Assembly: GCA_047602425.1 (NCBI GenBank)
Contig: JASGHG010000001.1
Location: 3,008,001 to 3,072,000, forward strand
Length of the DNA stretch: 64,000 bases
Source: Nibricoccus sp.
Lineage (GTDB): Bacteria > Verrucomicrobiota > Verrucomicrobiia > Opitutales > Opitutaceae
Direction of reading: 5' to 3'
The notes beneath the pieces are model-generated. The model was not told where the DNA came from and did no database searches. It was given only the letters and a program-made list of their open reading frames with translations. Of this stretch, positions 57,895 to 64,000 are shown piece after piece (position 1 is the first letter of the stretch; every line of letters begins with the position of its first letter). The position numbers and the translations under genes were made by a program.

Positions 57895-59850
57895 ATGAAA
57901 CACCTTCGCTTTTCACTTCTGCTCTTCTGCCTGCTCGCGGGCAACGTGTTGTTTTCCGCCAGCATCACGGTCGAATTCAAACGTCCCGGTCCGACGATTA
58001 ATCCCGCGATGTGGGGTGTTTTTTTCGAGGATATTAATTTTGGTGCAGACGGTGGACTGTATGCCGAGCTCATAAAAAACCGCGGCTTCGAGTTTCCTGA
58101 ACCTCTCATGGGGTGGAACAAACTTTGTCCGCCCAAGGCAAAAGGAGAGCTCTCCCTGCGAACTGAGGCGCCGTTTAACGCGAAAAATCCTCATTACGTG
58201 CGATTGCAATCTGCCGGTAAGGCATTGTTCGGCATTTCCAACGGCGGATTTCGAGGCATCGGCGTCGAGGTGGGAAAAAACTACGATTTTTCTGTGCGCG
58301 TTAGAAACGTCGGCGGTACGGCAAAACTGAGCATACGGCTGTACGGGAGCGATGGTGCCACGCTTGCGACGGCGGAACTCTCGGGCTTCACCAACGACTG
58401 GGCTAACTACAAGGCGGTCCTTCAACCGAAAAACACGGATGCAAAAGCCTGGCTGGCCATGCTTGTTGATGGAGAAGGAACGATGGACCTCGATTTTATT
58501 TCGCTTTTTCCGCGCGAAACCTGGCGGGGCCGGCCGGGCGGTCTCCGCGCCGACATGGTGCAGGCCCTTGCTGACCTGAAGCTCGGATTCTTTCGCTTTC
58601 CCGGCGGCTGTATTGTGGAAGGTGCCACCCTCGATCGCCGCTACCAGTGGAAAAATACAATTGGTCCAATTGAGGAACGGCCGCTGCTCCTCAATCGTTG
58701 GAATAACGAATTTATTCACCGCCCTGCTCCGGATTACTTCCAATCCTTTGGGCTCGGTTTTTTTGAATATTTCCTGTTGTGCGAAGATATCGGTGCCGAA
58801 CCATTGCCTATCTTAAATTGTGGCATGGCCTGTCAGTACAATTCCGGGGAACTTTGCCCTCTCGACGAACTCGGACCCTACATTCAAGACGCGCTCGATC
58901 TGATCGAATTTGCGAACGGCCCGATCACAAGCGAGTGGGGCGCGAAGCGTGCCGCGCTCGGGCATCCTGCGCCGTTTAATTTGAAACTGCTCGGCGTCGG
59001 CAATGAGCAATGGGGTCAGCAATATATCGATCGTTATGCGAAGTTCGCGGAAGTTCTAAAAGCGAAGCATCCGGAAATCGCTCTCGTCTCCTCCGCAGGT
59101 CCAAAACCGGCGAACGATCAGTTTAAATTCCTTTGGCCGAAACTGCGGGAGCTCCACGCCGATCTAGTCGACGAACATTCCTACGCTAAGCCCGAGTGGT
59201 TTTTCGATAGTGCGCACCGCTACGATGCGTACGATCGCAACGGGCCGAAGGTTTTCGTGGGCGAATATGCTGCGCAGAGCGACACCGCCCGCGTCAAAAG
59301 TCGCAGCGGTTTCGAATGCGCGCTGGCCGAGGCGGCGTTTCTCATCGGACTGGAGCGCAATGCCGACGTGGTTCGCATGGCCTCTTATGCGCCTCTTTTT
59401 GCGCACGCCGACGCCTGGCAGTGGTCGCCAAATCTAGTTTGGGTCGACAACCTGCGCATCCTGCGAACGCCGAGTTATCACGTGCAGGCGCTTTTCGCTC
59501 GGAATCGAGGCGATCGCGTGTTGCCGGTTACCGTTGGATCGTTAAACGCTCAGGAAGATAGACGATTCTACGCTTCCGCTGCGATGGACGAAAGAGCTGG
59601 CGAAGTGATTCTCAAGGTCGTGAATGCCACACCGGAAGCCTCGCGCAGCACGGTTGATTTGGCGGGCGTCCGAAAGGTCAGCGCCGGCGCATTGACCGTT
59701 TTTAAAGCGGATAGTCTCGATGCTGAAAATACTTTTGCAGCGCCTGGGATGGTTGCGCCACAGACGACTCCGTTTCTTCCGGCGGGCGGAAAATTCGAAA
59801 TTTCGCTGCCAGCCAATTCATTCACGCTTCTGCGGCTGAAGGTGGAATGA
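57895..59850 (+). CDS. GH51 alpha-L-arabinofuranosidase (secreted)
   Basis: GVFFEDIN..ADGGLYAELIKNRGFE, RFPGGC.VEG, GNEQ, FVGEYA, ERNADVV.MASYAPLF; signal peptide from ATG 57895. Confidence 0.95.
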   Translation: MKHLRFSLLLFCLLAGNVLFSASITVEFKRPGPTINPAMWGVFFEDINFGADGGLYAELIKNRGFEFPEPLMGWNKLCPPKAKGELSLRTEAPFNAKNPHYVRLQSAGKALFGISNGGFRGIGVEVGKNYDFSVRVRNVGGTAKLSIRLYGSDGATLATAELSGFTNDWANYKAVLQPKNTDAKAWLAMLVDGEGTMDLDFISLFPRETWRGRPGGLRADMVQALADLKLGFFRFPGGCIVEGATLDRRYQWKNTIGPIEERPLLLNRWNNEFIHRPAPDYFQSFGLGFFEYFLLCEDIGAEPLPILNCGMACQYNSGELCPLDELGPYIQDALDLIEFANGPITSEWGAKRAALGHPAPFNLKLLGVGNEQWGQQYIDRYAKFAEVLKAKHPEIALVSSAGPKPANDQFKFLWPKLRELHADLVDEHSYAKPEWFFDSAHRYDAYDRNGPKVFVGEYAAQSDTARVKSRSGFECALAEAAFLIGLERNADVVRMASYAPLFAHADAWQWSPNLVWVDNLRILRTPSYHVQALFARNRGDRVLPVTVGSLNAQEDRRFYASAAMDERAGEVILKVVNATPEASRSTVDLAGVRKVSAGALTVFKADSLDAENTFAAPGMVAPQTTPFLPAGGKFEISLPANSFTLLRLKVE

Positions 59851-59901
59851 AGGAGGGCTCATGACACAATATAAAACCATATAATATCGCCATTTTATAA
59901 T

Positions 59902-62547
59902 ATGATAAAAAATCGTCTGACTGTTCTATTATCCTTCGGCTTAGTCGCGATCAACGCGTTTGCCCAACCTGTCTCTATCCTTCAAAATTTTCGGAATCCG
60001 GATCTGCCGACCGCCACCCGCGTGAAGGACCTTTTGGCTCGCATGACGCTCGAAGAGAAGATCAGTCAGACCATGATGGCGTCACCGGAAATCACGCGAC
60101 TAGGAATCGTCAAATATGACTGGTGGAATGAGGCGCTTCATGGGGTCGGACGCAACGGCATCGCCACCGTTTTCCCGCAGGCCATCGCCCTTGCCGCCAC
60201 GTGGAACCCCGAACTTCACGGCCGCGTTGCGGAAGTGATCGCGACCGAGGCGCGCGCAAAAAACAACGAGGCTCTCGCGCAGCAGGGTTATTCAAAACGC
60301 TACCAAGGCCTCACGATTTGGTCGCCGAATATAAATATCTTTCGCGATCCTCGTTGGGGGCGCGGCCAGGAGACGTACGGAGAAGATCCGTTTCTCACGA
60401 GCCGTTTTGGCGTAGCTTTTGTACGGGGTCTGCAGGGTAACGATCCGCGCTACCTCAAAACCGTGGCCACGATCAAGCACTACGCTGTGCATAGCGGTCC
60501 CGAGCCGGAACGTCATCATTTTGATGCCGTCGTCAGCCCGCGTGATTTGTGGGAAACTTATTTGCCCGCTTTCGAGGCGGGTATTCGCGAAGGCGGAGCC
60601 ACTTCGATCATGAGCGCCTATAATGCTGTGAACGGCGTTCCGGCGCCTGCGCACACTTACCTGCTCCGACAAATTCTCCGCGAACGCTGGGGTTTCACCG
60701 GCGCAGTGGTTGGAGATGTCGACAACGTTGCCGACATGTGGCGGCCCAACGGTCACAAATATTCCAAGGACGCTGCCGAAGCATCCGCTACCGCCATAAA
60801 GATCGGCAACGATCTTTGCAGTGGCGTCACATATCAAGCGCTGTCCGATGCCGTGAAGCGCGGCCTCGTCACGGAGGCCGAAATCGACGTGGCGCTCCGA
60901 CGCCTTTTCACCCTGCGTTTCCGCCTCGGTGAATTCGATCCCGTCGAACTCGTCTCTTTCCGTGCGATTCCTCCTTCCGCCAACGCGACGCCTGAACATG
61001 ACCGCGTCGCCCTCGAGGCCGCGCGCCAGAGTCTCGTTTTGCTAAAAAATGACGGCACGCTGCCGTGGGATGCCAGGCAGCTGAAAACCGTTGCCGTTCT
61101 CGGTCCGACGGGTGCCGAAATTTCCACGTTGCTTGGCAACTACAACGGATTTCCCCGCAAAACAATGACGCTGGTCGATGGCATACGGGCCAAGTTTGAA
61201 TCTCTCGGCGTCAAGGTCCTTGCCGAACCAGGCGTTCCGCTCGTCAAAGGTTTTCGCATGAGCGGGCAACCGTTTCCCGAAGGTGTGCTCTTCGCCGATT
61301 CCAGTCGCACGCAGTCGGGTCTGAAAGCTGAAATTTTTTCGCACGAAAATTTTGATCCCCGCAAATCCACCGTTGAGGGCACGCCGACGGCCAAGCGCAC
61401 GGACGCCCAGGTCGACTTGCAGTGGGACGAAGCTCAGCCGATCGCGGGAATCCCGATCAAATCCGCCAGCGTTCGTTGGACCGGTATAATGGTTCCCCCT
61501 GTGTCCGGCGAATACGTGCTCGGCGTCGTCGCCGACGGCGCCGTGCGACTCTATATCGACGGCAAGGCCGTCATCGACTCCTGGCGCCGCGATCCCGAAC
61601 GCCCACTCAGCAAGCTAATCAACCTGGAGGCTGGCCGCGCCTACGAAGTCCGCCTTGAGTACGGACAAGCGACGCCGAAAGGCCGCATTCAATTTGGCTG
61701 GATCGCCCCCGGTCAGGATAATTCGCTCGCCAAAGCTCTGGCTGCCGCGCAGGCGGCCGACCACATTGTCCTCACCCTCGGCATCACACCCGACCTTGAA
61801 GGCGAATCCATGAGTGTGACGGCTGAAGGTTTCAAAGGAGGCGATCGCCTCACGCTCGATTTGCCTGCGACGCAACGCGAGCTCCTCGCCAAAATCGCGG
61901 CACTGAAAAAGCCGACGGTCGTCGTTCTCACCACCGGTAGTGCCATTGTTCTCGATGACTCGCAGGCCGGCGCCGTGCTGCTCACTTGGTACTACGGCCA
62001 GCGCGGAGCCGACGCCGTCGCTGAAGCGCTGCTGGGTGAAACCAACCCCGCCGGCCGCCTACCAGTGACCTTCTATCGTAGTGTCGACGATCTTCCTCCG
62101 TTCGAGGACTACGCCATGAAGGGTAGGACCTATCGCTACTACACCGGCAAGCCGCTCTATGCTTTTGGCCATGGGTTAAGCTATACGACATTTGGATATA
62201 GTAAAATGATCGCCTCGGCAAACACGACGCGGGCTGGCGATACGCTGCAATTTTCCGTGACCGTGAAAAACACCGGCCGACGCGACGGCGATGAAGTCGT
62301 TCAACTCTACGCCTCAGCCGTCAATCCGCCCGTGCCGATGCCACTTCGTCAACTCGTGGGTTTTCAACGCGTGTCTCTGAAAGCCGGCGAGGCGAGGATT
62401 GTTAAACTCGATGTTCCGGTTTCGCGCCTGCAACGCTGGGACGAGAAAGCAAATGGTTACGTGGTCGACGCCGGTGAGTACCGCTTCGTCGTCGGTCCGG
62501 CCTCCGACCAGCCTTTGCTCGAAACCAAGGTGACCGTAGTGAAATAA
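59902..62547 (+). CDS. GH3 beta-xylosidase/beta-glucosidase with PA14 insertion and Fn3-like domain
   Basis: WWNEALHG, SPNINIFRDPRWGRGQETYGEDP, KHY, MSAYN, VGD nucleophile region, PA14 insertion, GRTYRY, FGHGLSY. Confidence 0.95.
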   Translation: MIKNRLTVLLSFGLVAINAFAQPVSILQNFRNPDLPTATRVKDLLARMTLEEKISQTMMASPEITRLGIVKYDWWNEALHGVGRNGIATVFPQAIALAATWNPELHGRVAEVIATEARAKNNEALAQQGYSKRYQGLTIWSPNINIFRDPRWGRGQETYGEDPFLTSRFGVAFVRGLQGNDPRYLKTVATIKHYAVHSGPEPERHHFDAVVSPRDLWETYLPAFEAGIREGGATSIMSAYNAVNGVPAPAHTYLLRQILRERWGFTGAVVGDVDNVADMWRPNGHKYSKDAAEASATAIKIGNDLCSGVTYQALSDAVKRGLVTEAEIDVALRRLFTLRFRLGEFDPVELVSFRAIPPSANATPEHDRVALEAARQSLVLLKNDGTLPWDARQLKTVAVLGPTGAEISTLLGNYNGFPRKTMTLVDGIRAKFESLGVKVLAEPGVPLVKGFRMSGQPFPEGVLFADSSRTQSGLKAEIFSHENFDPRKSTVEGTPTAKRTDAQVDLQWDEAQPIAGIPIKSASVRWTGIMVPPVSGEYVLGVVADGAVRLYIDGKAVIDSWRRDPERPLSKLINLEAGRAYEVRLEYGQATPKGRIQFGWIAPGQDNSLAKALAAAQAADHIVLTLGITPDLEGESMSVTAEGFKGGDRLTLDLPATQRELLAKIAALKKPTVVVLTTGSAIVLDDSQAGAVLLTWYYGQRGADAVAEALLGETNPAGRLPVTFYRSVDDLPPFEDYAMKGRTYRYYTGKPLYAFGHGLSYTTFGYSKMIASANTTRAGDTLQFSVTVKNTGRRDGDEVVQLYASAVNPPVPMPLRQLVGFQRVSLKAGEARIVKLDVPVSRLQRWDEKANGYVVDAGEYRFVVGPASDQPLLETKVTVVK

Positions 62548-62632
62548 TAAACGAACTGAAACGGCGACGCAGACTAGGAAGACCGCTTGTCTCTCAACCT
62601 TCAAAGATTTTATTTTGTATTAAATCTGATAT

Positions 62633-64000
62633 TTGCCAAAGCCTGTATCCGTGCAGACAAAACGCCCACCGGAATCCCGTCCTTTACAAGCTTACTGGTT
62701 TGTTGCCGGGATTTTCGTTGCCACGTTTTTTGCGTACCTTCCCTCGCTATCGGGTGGATTTCTTTGGGATGATGACGGTCATGTCACAACACCCAGCCTG
62801 CGATCAATTACAGGTTTGGGCCGAATCTGGTTTGAGCCTGGCATCACACAGCAATATTATCCTTTGCTTCATTCGGCTTTTTGGCTCGAAAGCCAGTTTT
62901 GGGCGGATAATCCTCTTGGATATCGGCTGGTAAATCTGTTGCTGCATGCGACGTCAGCCTGTCTTTTTGCCGCCGTGTTGCGACGGCTTTCTGTTCCTGG
63001 TGCATGGTTCGCCGCTTTCCTCTTCGCCCTTCATCCCGTTTGCGTCGAGTCAGTGGCGTGGATTTCTGAGCAAAAGAACGCGTTGTCACTCGTATTTTAT
63101 TTGGGCGCGGCACTTATCTATTTGCGATTCGAAGAAACGCGGCGCCCACGAACGTATGTAATCGCCACAGCACTCTTCGTTGCGGCCTTGCTGACCAAGA
63201 CCGTCACGGCGACCCTGCCGGCGGCACTTCTGGTTGTAGCTTGGTGGCGAAGAGGCGGACTGGAACAGCGTCGCGATATATTTCCCGTTATACCATGGTT
63301 CGTTCTTAGTATTGGCGCTGCGATCATGACTAGCTGGTTCGAAAAAGTATATATTGGCGCTGAAGGGGAGCTGTTTACGCTGTCGTGGGTGGAGCGGATG
63401 CTACTGGCTGGCCGCATCGCCTGGTTTTACCTTGAGAAATTGGCGCTGCCATTGAATCTGACCTTTATTTATCCCCGGTGGGAGATTGATGCATCCGTAG
63501 GGTGGCAATGGCTTTTCCTCGTCGGAGCTGTGGCAGTGTCGGTTTATATGTTTGTTCGGAAGCGCCGGGCCATCCTTGCATGTTGGTTGCTTTTTGTTGG
63601 TTCTCTCACACCGGCGCTCGGATTTATCAACGTTTATCCATTTGTATATTCCTACGTAGCGGATCATTTTCAGTACCTTGCCTGCCTTGCTCCGTTGGCG
63701 GGAGCGGCCGCACTTTTGACACGGTGGACAACCCGGCTCCCGCGCGTCGCCGCTATGGCAATCGCATTGGGCCTTCCGGTCCTTTTGGGCGTGTTGACCC
63801 TCCTACAAAGCCGCATGTATCGGGATGAGTTCACGCTTTATGAAACCACCTTGGAAAGAAACCCATCAAGCTGGATGGCGCATACCAATCTTGCTCGCCT
63901 GTTGACGGATAGCGGCCGGCCGCTTGAAGCCATTCCGCATCTCGAAAAAGCATTGCGTCTCCGCGCAGATCTTCCCGAGGCGGAAAATAATCTTGGATAT
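62633..64000 (+). CDS. TMTC-like GT-C membrane glycosyltransferase with TPRs (runs off the window end; absent from the ORF track)
   Basis: Hand translation in frame 2: 'AYLPSLSGGFLWDDDGHV', 'QQYYPL', 'LFALHPVCVESVAWISEQKN', 'ADHFQYL', then TPR 'AHTNLA...EAIPHLEKALRL'; start TTG 62633 or GTG 62651. Confidence 0.85.
   Translation, partial: MPKPVSVQTKRPPESRPLQAYWFVAGIFVATFFAYLPSLSGGFLWDDDGHVTTPSLRSITGLGRIWFEPGITQQYYPLLHSAFWLESQFWADNPLGYRLVNLLLHATSACLFAAVLRRLSVPGAWFAAFLFALHPVCVESVAWISEQKNALSLVFYLGAALIYLRFEETRRPRTYVIATALFVAALLTKTVTATLPAALLVVAWWRRGGLEQRRDIFPVIPWFVLSIGAAIMTSWFEKVYIGAEGELFTLSWVERMLLAGRIAWFYLEKLALPLNLTFIYPRWEIDASVGWQWLFLVGAVAVSVYMFVRKRRAILACWLLFVGSLTPALGFINVYPFVYSYVADHFQYLACLAPLAGAAALLTRWTTRLPRVAAMAIALGLPVLLGVLTLLQSRMYRDEFTLYETTLERNPSSWMAHTNLARLLTDSGRPLEAIPHLEKALRLRADLPEAENNLGY

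Noticed and set aside
62587..63828. Short ORFs listed at the window end
   Set aside because: Alternative frames of the single TMTC-like gene

Overview
High-GC bacterial chromosome segment, most likely from Opitutaceae (Verrucomicrobiota, PVC superphylum), judged from protein signatures and gene order. It opens with a TPR-ExbB-ExbD-TonB-like module. The core translation supercluster follows (tRNA-Thr, tuf, tRNA-Trp, secE, nusG, rplKAJL, rpoBC, then the str, S10, spc and alpha operons through rplQ). After that come guaA-hisDCBH, gltA, pdxJ-acpS-nnr-dprA, two oxidoreductases, initiator tRNA-Met, rpsB-tsf and tRNA-Ser. A more accessory tail holds a TonB-dependent receptor, GH51, GH3 and a GT-C/TPR protein running off the end. 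No CRISPR array, integrase or transposase is visible. Most notable: (i) a family of intergenic 7-mer and 9/10-mer periodic repeat cassettes, often inverted, inside housekeeping operons; (ii) an adenylate-kinase-like ORF at the adk position that lacks the P-loop, catalytic Arg and LID; (iii) a 1.3-kb gene-free rpoC-rpsL spacer with a promoter-hairpin-terminator sRNA candidate; (iv) several unassigned structured leaders inside the r-protein operons; (v) lineage-type oddities: ExbD with Asn at the Asp position, loss of the second beta-prime zinc site, and a remodelled EF-Tu switch I. Single-base frameshifts in nusG and rpoC are probably sequencing errors. All assignments were made by eye, without database searches.
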